From positions 1,963-65,962 of the forward strand of contig MGPH01000030.1 of assembly GCA_001797365.1 (NCBI GenBank): a stretch of 64,000 bases of DNA, read 5' to 3'. The notes under the pieces were generated by a model. That model saw only the letters and a list, made by a program, of their open reading frames with translations, was not told where the DNA came from and ran no database searches. The stretch's first letter is position 1, and every line of letters begins with the position of its first letter. The position numbers and the translations under genes were made by a program. Below are positions 46,948-54,754 of the stretch, piece by piece. The DNA is from Deltaproteobacteria bacterium GWA2_45_12. GTDB lineage: Bacteria > UBA10199.

Positions 46948-48732
46948 TTATTTTACCGACCATCCATTGGCTTCGCATATTTCAACATATGCTTCGGCAA
47001 TGCATTGAGTGCGCTCCTTAGCCGCCCGTTCAGCTTCTTTTCCTTGGTGTGCAAATCGATCGGGATGGTTTTCTTGCATCAATCGTAGAAAGGTTTTTTT
47101 AATGTCTGCTTGGGACGCGTCCCTGGCAATACCCAAAACGTAATAATAGGGATCTAGGTCTTTCCTTGTAGGCCTTTGATGGGTCTTTTTCCCTTGCTGG
47201 TTCGGCCCTCTTGCCTCTTGCTGTCCTGTTGTCTGTGGCGTGGGAATTTTAAAAGCTTTCGCTTTTCCAAATTTAACCCATGTTCCCGGTCCGACATACA
47301 CCTGACGATCAGAGCTTTTTAAAACCTCGATCCGGCCTCCAGGATGAAAAATATAAATAACCTTCCCACTCCCATCATGGGTTTCACTACTGATTCTAAG
47401 GTTAAAACCTTCTTTTTCTCGTTTCACTTGAAAATGAACTCCGCCATCATAATGTAATCCGTGGGAATGAGGGTAGATGTATCGATCAAAATCACTGAGC
47501 GATCTTAACCAAGCAGGCATGTTTCGAATGGGGAATCCAAATTGTATGAGTTGCCCCCCTATTTTATAAATCCGCCCCAATCGCAAGAAAACGGTTTCTC
47601 CTGCTGGTACTTGTCGTTTACTTCCACTATCAAAAACTTCTAATTCACCCTTTTCCAGACGAATCCCGAGGCCTTTGCCATTTTCTGGACTGTAGAAGAA
47701 TTCATAAGTCGATCCTCCGATGCTTTTTTTGAAAGGTGTATGGGGTTGATCATAGGCGTAAATGAGCCATCCCGTCATCCAAAGTGGCATGAGGGATATG
47801 GGGTTGATGAAACGATAGTATTGGCCGGGGCCATATTGGATGAGGTCCCCATCCACAAGAATATGTGTGGGCTTTTCTGCATTTAATGCGCGACGGTCAC
47901 GGTTGTTAATAACATGGAGTGGTTCACCATTTTTCCATGTCAACACAGGGTTGCTTTCAGCATCGTAGGAGATGCTTCCTTGTGAGGGGCCAGCATCAAT
48001 AGCTACAGATGCTTTGTTGTCAACGGCGGCTCCAATAAGAGCTGCCCCCATCGCTTCAGGCATTTCATCAAAGGGTTTGGTGAATTTGAAATATTGTTTG
48101 CCTATCTTAATGACCGCATCAAAAGGAATGCATTCTTCTTTTCCGGGTTTTAGTAAAACAGGTTCTTCCCCATCACGTAAAATGACCATGTCATAATAAT
48201 CCACCGTGAGGGTATTTCCTGTAGGTTGCCCATTGATCAGGCTATAGCCCCTTCCTGCTTGATACCGAATTCCATAATAGGGTTTTTCGTTAAATCCTCC
48301 TACCCTTTGACCCGGATTGCTCACAGCTTTTACACAGCTTTCAATGAAATAACTCGGCATGGGTTGGATTAATCTCTTATAGAGGAAAAATTTTCTATTC
48401 CCCATTTTGACCGAATCTCCTTCTTGGAGGACCTCTTTTTTACCAGAGGAATTCAGAACGATTTTTGTTTTATTCTCCTTTTTGACAATGACGATGGCCT
48501 CTCCTCCGGTCCATTCAAGAGTGAGCGCCCAAGGGTCTTCTTGGGTTACCTTTGCCTGAGCATGACCTATGTTAATGGTGGTTCCTTCAGGTTTTAAAAG
48601 AGTGGTGGCCAAAGCAATTTCTTCGGACTGGTTCATTTTTTCAAAGGGGCTACGAAACACAAAGGGAGGTTCATGGCCAAGGGTGATGATATCCCCATCT
48701 TTAAGTACAAGCTTCTGATCTCTAGAGTCCAA
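46948..48732 (-). CDS. C-terminal fragment: six degenerate FHA-like repeats + DnaJ J-domain (HPD)
   Basis: Repeat ends DIITLGHEPPFVF, DSVKMGNRKFFLY, DAVIKIGKQYFKF, DLIQYGPGQYYRFI, RIYKIGGQLIQFGF and TWVKFGKAKAFKI. J-domain DPYYYVLGIARDASQADIKKTFLRLMQENHPDRF...KEAE...EAY. Confidence 0.6.
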   Translation of the reverse strand: MDSRDQKLVLKDGDIITLGHEPPFVFRSPFEKMNQSEEIALATTLLKPEGTTINIGHAQAKVTQEDPWALTLEWTGGEAIVIVKKENKTKIVLNSSGKKEVLQEGDSVKMGNRKFFLYKRLIQPMPSYFIESCVKAVSNPGQRVGGFNEKPYYGIRYQAGRGYSLINGQPTGNTLTVDYYDMVILRDGEEPVLLKPGKEECIPFDAVIKIGKQYFKFTKPFDEMPEAMGAALIGAAVDNKASVAIDAGPSQGSISYDAESNPVLTWKNGEPLHVINNRDRRALNAEKPTHILVDGDLIQYGPGQYYRFINPISLMPLWMTGWLIYAYDQPHTPFKKSIGGSTYEFFYSPENGKGLGIRLEKGELEVFDSGSKRQVPAGETVFLRLGRIYKIGGQLIQFGFPIRNMPAWLRSLSDFDRYIYPHSHGLHYDGGVHFQVKREKEGFNLRISSETHDGSGKVIYIFHPGGRIEVLKSSDRQVYVGPGTWVKFGKAKAFKIPTPQTTGQQEARGPNQQGKKTHQRPTRKDLDPYYYVLGIARDASQADIKKTFLRLMQENHPDRFAHQGKEAERAAKERTQCIAEAYVEICEANGWSVK

Positions 48733-48751
48733 ACGAGTTATAGTATCTCCT

Positions 48752-50188
48752 TAAATCCGGCGTGAATGGTGTAGGGAATGCCTCCTTTGCTCAACACTGA
48801 CAGGCATTATAGAGTTTTTTGTGGCTAGTATTGAACCTAACTTTTAGTTAGCTTCAATACATGCGTTCTGGGGCTCGAAAAATCCGTACAAAATTCACCG
48901 CGTCTGGCCTCACTCATTTCGGTGGAATTTATCTCTTTCATAAATTTCTCCAGCAACTAAAAATACGATCCTGCTTCTTCCGACACCTGTCTTATTCTCA
49001 GAGAAACAATCAGTATTCTTTGAGCGAAATGATTTTGGCTTTGATTTATCCAATGATTCTTGGTTTGGAAAAAATCGAAGTGTCTTCTCTTCTGAAAACA
49101 AATGGCGTCTTTCATTTTCTGACTGGGCTCCCAACCTTTCCCGATCCTCAAACATTGCGCCGATTTTTGGTGAGGTCATCGACGGAACTGCTGCCGTCAC
49201 TTTGGAAAGTCCACAATGATCTCAAAAAATATTTCATCCTTCAATCTTCTACCCTCTCAAGTTTCTGTTTTGATTTTGATTCCACCGCGAAGACTCTCTA
49301 CGGAAAACAGGAAGGCGTGGTCAAAGGTTACAACCCCGGACATCCAGGAAGAAAATCCTATCACCCGCTGGTCGTCTCAGAAAGTTCTCTCAAGGATTGT
49401 CTGGGTGGATTTTTAAGGCCGGGGAACGCTTACACCTCAGATGGTGTGGTTGATCTTTTTCAACAAGCCCGTTCTATTCTGCCAACTTCCATCCGCTTGC
49501 GCACCCGTGCCGATTCAGGGTTTTATGATGGTTCTTTTGTCCGGACGCTGGACGAAAATCACGTGAAGTTTGCCATTGTTGCCAAGACATCTTCTCCTCT
49601 GAAGAAACTTTTTCTTTCGGCCCGCTATCAAAGAATCAACGACCGATTCTCAACCTCCGAGCTTTTGTATCAACCCGGCAAATGGAAAAAACCTTATCGC
49701 TATGTCGTCTTGAGAAGGATCGTTGATCCGGAAGACGACGGACTCACTCTTTTTACCTTGGACCGATATGCCTACTCGATGATCGTCACCAATCTCGATA
49801 TCACACCCTACGGAGTCTTCGATTTTTATAAAGCTCGAGCCGGGTTGGAAAGGATTATCCGGATTTTGAAAAACGACTTTCCTTTTGCCGGAGCGCCGAC
49901 CAATCATTTTTGTGCGAATGCTCTCTACGCGGAACTTTCTCTTTTGGCGTACAATCTCGTCATGTGGTTCAAGCGACTTTGTCTGCCGGGTGATTGGCAA
50001 TCCTTCACGTTGGAATCACTTCGGCACAAATTATTGCTGATGCCGGGAGAGTTGGTGCATACCGGAAATATTCACACACTCAAATTTCCGAGAAACAGTC
50101 CCAACAAGGATGTCTTTGAATTTGCTCTGAAGAAAATTAAAACGATGGACTCGCTGGTCTGAAAAATGGTGTTTTCACGCCGGATTTA
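48752..50188 (+). mobile_element. IS1380-family insertion sequence (~1.44 kb) with 15 bp perfect TIRs TAAATCCGGCGTGAA and a 9 bp direct repeat GTATCTCCT
   Basis: Left IR 48752-48766; right IR 50174-50188 (reverse complement identical). Direct repeats at 48743-48751 and 50190-50198; on the right a single G (50189) separates the IR from the repeat. Confidence 0.8.
48861..50162 (+). CDS. IS1380-family DDE transposase
   Basis: 433 aa; VKGYNPGHPGRKSYHPLVV matches the GYNP...Y.P hallmark of IS1380/ISEcp1-type transposases. RADSGFYDGSFV carries the second catalytic Asp. Confidence 0.85.
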   Translation: MRSGARKIRTKFTASGLTHFGGIYLFHKFLQQLKIRSCFFRHLSYSQRNNQYSLSEMILALIYPMILGLEKIEVSSLLKTNGVFHFLTGLPTFPDPQTLRRFLVRSSTELLPSLWKVHNDLKKYFILQSSTLSSFCFDFDSTAKTLYGKQEGVVKGYNPGHPGRKSYHPLVVSESSLKDCLGGFLRPGNAYTSDGVVDLFQQARSILPTSIRLRTRADSGFYDGSFVRTLDENHVKFAIVAKTSSPLKKLFLSARYQRINDRFSTSELLYQPGKWKKPYRYVVLRRIVDPEDDGLTLFTLDRYAYSMIVTNLDITPYGVFDFYKARAGLERIIRILKNDFPFAGAPTNHFCANALYAELSLLAYNLVMWFKRLCLPGDWQSFTLESLRHKLLLMPGELVHTGNIHTLKFPRNSPNKDVFEFALKKIKTMDSLV

Positions 50189-50851
50189 GGTATCTCCTCT
50201 CTTAACTTCAATGGGCAGTCCCCATACATGATAGGTGATTGTTACTTCATCAAAATAAACAGATCCTTGGAGTTTATATTGGTTGTGGAGACGGTATTGC
50301 CCCTCCTGTCCATGATTCACTTCGACAGAAAATCCCTCATTCATAAAAGTCCGGAAAACTCCCGCTTCAAAGATTGCTGGCATTTCCTCGCTGGGTGGTA
50401 CCGCAGCGGGAACAATAGCTGGAGGCGGTTCAGGAGCTGGAGGCGGAGGAACGGCACGAGCAGATCCACCCGAATCTTGAGCCACATGATGGCGAAAAGG
50501 AGTTTGCAGTCGATAACCCGGATTTGTAGTTCTTCGACCCGATCCATCGTTGGAAGCCATTTCGGGAAACAGAGCTCTGACCCCATCTTCTCTTAAACTT
50601 GGAAGTTGTTGCCCTTTCAAAACAAATTCATCCCTTCCATCAGAAGGGGCCCCCACAGCCAGTCGACGATTTTCTCGAGAACGTGAGACAGGTTGAGGAG
50701 GTTGAAGATCAGCTGGAGATGAAGATGGAGACAAATGAGGTCGCAAAGATGCGCCCGGTTTAGTTCCCCTAACGCGAGGGAAGGGGCCCCATCCTACGGG
50801 ACGAACACTGGGGCGAAAAGGCAGCACATTATTGGTACGAAAGATGGCCAT
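50186..50851 (-). CDS. N-terminal fragment of the interrupted gene (Pro-rich, 221 aa)
   Basis: AGGAGG lies 4 nt upstream of the ATG at 50849-51; PPPPAPEPPPAIVPAAVPP low-complexity segment. Confidence 0.6.
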   Translation of the reverse strand: MAIFRTNNVLPFRPSVRPVGWGPFPRVRGTKPGASLRPHLSPSSSPADLQPPQPVSRSRENRRLAVGAPSDGRDEFVLKGQQLPSLREDGVRALFPEMASNDGSGRRTTNPGYRLQTPFRHHVAQDSGGSARAVPPPPAPEPPPAIVPAAVPPSEEMPAIFEAGVFRTFMNEGFSVEVNHGQEGQYRLHNQYKLQGSVYFDEVTITYHVWGLPIEVKRGDT

Positions 50852-50925
50852 GCCCTCCTAGCTTCGGCTTTTTTCAAAATAAGTTGTTTGGGGTAGAACT
50901 TCATTTTACGCGTGGTGTCAAAGCT

Positions 50926-52740
50926 TTAGGAAGGTCTTTCTTGGAGGGCTCTTTGCAGACCTTCTATTCCCTGAGCCATCATGCTTTTAACAAAGTCATT
51001 AGAAGAGCCTTTTTTTCTGAACACAATAGCTGAAGCCCCTTGTGGAGAAGCATTCAGGTCGTTATCTATTTCCAAACCCAGTGTCTGCATTAAGTTTGCA
51101 TCCGGGCTATAGGGAAGAAGACTTCCTAACATGTTCGGAACAATGGTGGGCCCATTTCGTGGATCCGTAAATAAATAACCCTCTGGCACAAGAGCATCAA
51201 CAATTCGAATAAGGGTGAGCAGGCTAAAAATCCTGTCCCTCCGATCGCCATCGAGATAATCCTGAACAGGATGGAAGTAAGCCCCATGCATGGGAGGAAA
51301 TTCAACAGGGGTCACCACATAATCTCCCCTGGGTTGGAGTGTTATCCTTTTTTTAAGAGAATCACCGGGAATCCTTAGTGTAGCGACCGCAGCGGCTTTT
51401 TTTCCATGCCCCCTCATCCAAGTGACCCCTCTAACAGGAGTGGCTGAGGTACTCGAAATGAACGCCTCATAGGCTTTTCTTTCGGCCCTCACTTCCTCCC
51501 GCCACCGTGCCCCATAGGCTTGCCAAAACATCTGAGCGATTTCGGGATCATCAGGATAGAGTTCATAGGGGACCCAACTTAAAAAAACGGTAAGGGTACC
51601 ATCAAACTCATCAATGAGCTTAAGTGGTTCTGGTTCATCATTATAAACAAGGACGCGCATTTTTGGATCCAGACTCGCTAAAAGAAAGGGCTCATAAGTA
51701 GCATAGAGGGTACGTCCATTAGGATGATCAAATTTTAAATATCCAGGGCCAAAATTACCAAAAACGATTTCCTGATAGCGTTCCCTTAAACGAGGAATGA
51801 TGTTTTCCCTTAAATAAATCCATTCGGCAGCTCGTCGCGCAAACGTGGTGAAGTTGCGTATGATTCTGATGTCATCCCTGGTGCGACCGCGGTTCTCTCT
51901 GGCTTCCCTTAAAGAAGGAGTCGCATGGACGACGCCCTCTGGTCCCATAGCCAAGCGTGCTTGCGTCGCTCGATATACATTATCAGCTGTAACAATTCGA
52001 GAAACCCGTTCCATTTCAGCTCGGACGGAATCTGGTAGAGGTTCGACAGGAGTCACTGCGCCCACTTCCATTTCATCGGCAAGGGATGGGATATGGGCTA
52101 AAATCAACCCTTCTACATGGGCCGGGTCTGCTAAAAAATTTTCTGCACCAGCACCCAATTTTTTTACAAATTCTAAAACTCGTTCGATAACGAGGGCACG
52201 ATTAGCAGCTACTATCGTGGGGTCCCGGTCCAGGGCCAAAGCCAGTGAGGCACGTTCGCTTATGCTACTCATGCGAGCCATAAAATCAGGGTTTGAAAGG
52301 ATGCGAGTCACAACTTCTTTACTCTTTATAGCAATACCTTGATCAGGACTTATTGATGAATCTGCAGGCCGATCACTGCTGGCGGCTTTCCATCCCTCAT
52401 GATGATGCCCCACTAAATTCCCATGCCCATCGTATTGGGGAACCCACAAGGGAGCACGAAGGGAAGGAGTGTGTAAGCTTATGTCTGGAAAGGGAGTGGT
52501 TCTATTCCAATATCGATCTTTCCCGATGTCTGGCGCTAGTGAGCTATTTGTATGAAGCAAATCACCTGGTTTTAAGCTTACCTTTGCAACACTTTTTGAA
52601 CGAGAAGGAGGTGGAATAACGGGATGTGGTGTTGGCCTTAATACAAGGCTTCCGGGTACAATACGTGCACCAGAAAAAGATCGAAGGGGTCTATAGAAGG
52701 ATGGCGGACTCATAAATAAATGATAGTTGATCTTCGGCAA
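50926..52740 (-). CDS. 604 aa hypothetical protein (Pro-rich N-terminus; no known domain)
   Basis: The ORF-track start is TTG; the first ATG is at codon 10. It is in frame with, and separated by a single TGA from, the upstream squalene/phytoene-synthase-family ORF. Confidence 0.5.
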   Translation of the reverse strand: MPKINYHLFMSPPSFYRPLRSFSGARIVPGSLVLRPTPHPVIPPPSRSKSVAKVSLKPGDLLHTNSSLAPDIGKDRYWNRTTPFPDISLHTPSLRAPLWVPQYDGHGNLVGHHHEGWKAASSDRPADSSISPDQGIAIKSKEVVTRILSNPDFMARMSSISERASLALALDRDPTIVAANRALVIERVLEFVKKLGAGAENFLADPAHVEGLILAHIPSLADEMEVGAVTPVEPLPDSVRAEMERVSRIVTADNVYRATQARLAMGPEGVVHATPSLREARENRGRTRDDIRIIRNFTTFARRAAEWIYLRENIIPRLRERYQEIVFGNFGPGYLKFDHPNGRTLYATYEPFLLASLDPKMRVLVYNDEPEPLKLIDEFDGTLTVFLSWVPYELYPDDPEIAQMFWQAYGARWREEVRAERKAYEAFISSTSATPVRGVTWMRGHGKKAAAVATLRIPGDSLKKRITLQPRGDYVVTPVEFPPMHGAYFHPVQDYLDGDRRDRIFSLLTLIRIVDALVPEGYLFTDPRNGPTIVPNMLGSLLPYSPDANLMQTLGLEIDNDLNASPQGASAIVFRKKGSSNDFVKSMMAQGIEGLQRALQERPS

Positions 52741-52758
52741 AAGAAAGGAAGGGTTGCT

Positions 52759-53745
52759 TCATTTTAGAGAATTTTGGATGAGTTTATGAGAAAAAGTCAG
52801 GAAACAGGAGGTGATTACTACCCTTTTTAAGGTTTTCCGGGAGATTTTATGAGGGAGGGTGGGGTCTAATAAGTTTGGGTCTTCTTTTAGGAAACGAAGG
52901 GTTTCCAAGCCGATCATGCAGGGGAGAAGTGTGGCTAGGCGGGTGGTGGCGTGTTTGCGTGGGATTATTTCCATGTATTTTGCAGCATATTTTAAATGGC
53001 CCAAGGCCCGTTGGATCAGGTTTTCTATCAGGCGGTCAAGAGCGGGTTTGTTTTGGGGATCCTTTAAATTTGTGGGAGTCAGGTTGAATTGTTTCAGAAT
53101 TTCAAGCGGGATATAGCATCGCCCCATGTTTAGGTCGCAAGCAAGGTCCTTGATCACATTGGTCATCTGAAGGCCTTTTCCATAGGCAATGGCCCACTGG
53201 TCTACTTCATTTTCAGAAATTATTTTAAGAGGGAAAGTCAGCTTTAGCATTTGTGTCCAAAAAGGCCCCACAATGCCTGCGGCATCAAAGCAGTAGGTTT
53301 CCAAGTCAGCTTCTGTTTCCAAGGCGACAGGGTTTTGTTTGGTGGCATGGGCAAAACGTATTAGATCTTTTTCCATCCCCCCTATAAGATGAAGCACGAC
53401 ATCGCGAATCAGTTTTTTTTCTTTTTCATCCGTTTCAGAAAAAAGTTTTAAAATGTTTGGCAGTTCTTGAAGTAGTTTTTGTTCATCCGTGAAATTTTGA
53501 TGGGAAATTATTTGGGCAAAAAAATGATCCCAATCTTTTTGCTCATGCCAAGCACCGTTGATCTCGTTTTTTAAGAGACTTAAAAATCTTTCTTTTTCTT
53601 GAACCGGAAGAACCGGTGTGTCGGTGATGGTGTCGGCACTTCTAGCCAGTAAATAGGCCAGTGCCAAGGGAGTGCGTGTTTTTTTAGGCAGGATGCGAAG
53701 CGACAAATAAAAACTGCGCGATACTTTTTTGAGGATGGTTTTCAC
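52759..53745 (-). CDS. squalene/phytoene synthase family protein (HpnC/HpnD-like trans-isoprenyl diphosphate synthase, head-to-head)
   Basis: 328 aa; N-terminal SRSFYLSLRILPKKTRTPLALAYLLARSADTITD (first Asp-rich motif D-T-I-T-D). Confidence 0.7.
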   Translation of the reverse strand: MKTILKKVSRSFYLSLRILPKKTRTPLALAYLLARSADTITDTPVLPVQEKERFLSLLKNEINGAWHEQKDWDHFFAQIISHQNFTDEQKLLQELPNILKLFSETDEKEKKLIRDVVLHLIGGMEKDLIRFAHATKQNPVALETEADLETYCFDAAGIVGPFWTQMLKLTFPLKIISENEVDQWAIAYGKGLQMTNVIKDLACDLNMGRCYIPLEILKQFNLTPTNLKDPQNKPALDRLIENLIQRALGHLKYAAKYMEIIPRKHATTRLATLLPCMIGLETLRFLKEDPNLLDPTLPHKISRKTLKRVVITSCFLTFSHKLIQNSLK

Positions 53746-53755
53746 GTTTTTTTTT

Positions 53756-53783
53756 GTAAGGGTAATTCATGAATTACCCTTAC
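53756..53783. repeat. REP palindrome variant with a compensatory pair (GTAAGGGtAATTCATGAATTaCCCTTAC)
   Basis: C-to-T and G-to-A changes at mirror positions keep the dyad perfect. Confidence 0.7.
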
Positions 53784-53873
53784 CCGGAAATGGTGAGCTA
53801 AGCCTGTGCCTTGAGCTTGGCGAAGATCGAGCCAAGCTTAATATAGAGGGTCTTTGTGTTTTCCCGATGATAT

Positions 53874-54085
53874 CCCCCTTTAAAAAAGGGGGATAAAGGG
53901 GGATTTGGGCCCGCTTTTATCCCCGTTTCTGTATTCCTTTCTCAGTAAATTCTTTCCCAACCTCTTTTTGCATAAGAGATATTTGAATCGGGTACGGGAG
54001 CTGGAACGGGAACAAATCCCCCTGCCCCCCTTTTTTCCCGCATACGGGATCCCGCTACGCGGTGATAAAGGGGGATGATACGGGA
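53874..54085 (-). repeat. B-element (MITE-like, inverted orientation relative to the 61.3 kb copy) with a flanking CCCCCTTTAAAAAAGGGGG hairpin and a degenerate right end
   Basis: GGGGGATTTGGGCCCG (53898-53913) ... CGGGAACAAATCCCCC (..54022). The reverse complement of 53912-54020 aligns with 61275-61380 (ccgttccagctcccgtacccgattcaaatatctcttatgc...ggaaagaatttactgagaaa). Confidence 0.65.
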
Positions 54086-54098
54086 AAAAACCGATGAT

Positions 54099-54737
54099 TC
54101 AAACCATCTGTGTTGAATGCTTCGCCTCAAAAGCTTCAATTTGAGGAATATATCTTTCCGTCATGCCAATTTCATCCAAACCTTCCAGAAATTTTTGTTT
54201 CAGGCCGGCATCCATGAGAAAATGATAAACCTTTTTTTCTGGAGAAAGGTGGAGTGTGATGCTCTGGCTGGGCAGATCAATGGTGGCCTGAAGGGGGGCA
54301 TTTTCCGAAACGAATTTTTTTATTTCATTCACCGTTTTTTCAGGCAGCTCAATAAGCAATAAACCATTTTTTGAACTGTTGTTCCTGAAAATATCGGCAA
54401 AGGCCGGAATGATTTCCCCATGGCGTTCATAAATGGGGGCCATGACAACCTTGAAGCCATACTGGCTAATAGCCCACACAGCATGTTCGCGTGAAGACCC
54501 ACAACCAAAATTATTCCCCGCGACCAAGATGGTGGCTCCCTCATAGACAGGGTTGTTTAATTCAAAGTGGGGATTGGGCTTGCCGTCGGGCAAATAGCGC
54601 CAGTCATGAAATAAATGGGGACCAAAACCCGTGCGGCTAATCGATTTCAAAAACTCTTTTGAAATAATCTGGTCCGTATCGACATTGCCCCGGTCAAGAA
54701 GGGCCATGTTTCCTGTATGAATGGTAAATGGTTCCAT
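54099..54737 (-). CDS. leuD: 3-isopropylmalate dehydratase small subunit
   Basis: LeuD/aconitase swivel-domain motifs (GDNFGCGSSREHA-like AGNNFGCGSSREHAVW); start taken at MEPFTIHTG. Confidence 0.85.
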   Translation of the reverse strand: MEPFTIHTGNMALLDRGNVDTDQIISKEFLKSISRTGFGPHLFHDWRYLPDGKPNPHFELNNPVYEGATILVAGNNFGCGSSREHAVWAISQYGFKVVMAPIYERHGEIIPAFADIFRNNSSKNGLLLIELPEKTVNEIKKFVSENAPLQATIDLPSQSITLHLSPEKKVYHFLMDAGLKQKFLEGLDEIGMTERYIPQIEAFEAKHSTQMV

Positions 54738-54754
54738 AATGGTGTATTTTCCCC

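Larger units (their letters stand above)
46948..50851 (-). pseudogene. gene of roughly 818 codons (Pro-rich N-terminus + six degenerate FHA-like repeats + C-terminal DnaJ J-domain) interrupted in frame by an IS1380-family insertion
   Basis: ORF 50186..50851 ends ...VKRGDT and its stop TAA is the last 3 nt of the IS right IR. ORF 46948..48732 begins with TTG, not ATG, and the reading frame upstream of it is open up to a TAA formed by the first 3 nt of the IS left IR. Removing 48752..50188 plus one 9 bp direct repeat joins the two ORFs in phase (...VKRGDTITRLDSRDQKLVLKDGD...). Confidence 0.7.

Noticed and set aside
50186-50851. Treating the 221 aa Pro-rich ORF as an independent small gene
   Set aside because: Its stop codon is contributed by the IS terminus, and its frame continues in phase into the downstream FHA-like/J ORF once the IS and one direct repeat are removed. 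It is therefore interpreted as the N-terminal fragment of the disrupted gene.
53980-54000. tRNA-like T-arm (CCGATTCAAAT) in the B-element
   Set aside because: No cloverleaf, anticodon arm or acceptor-stem pairing can be built, and the motif is part of the repeat. No tRNA or rRNA genes were recognised anywhere in the window.
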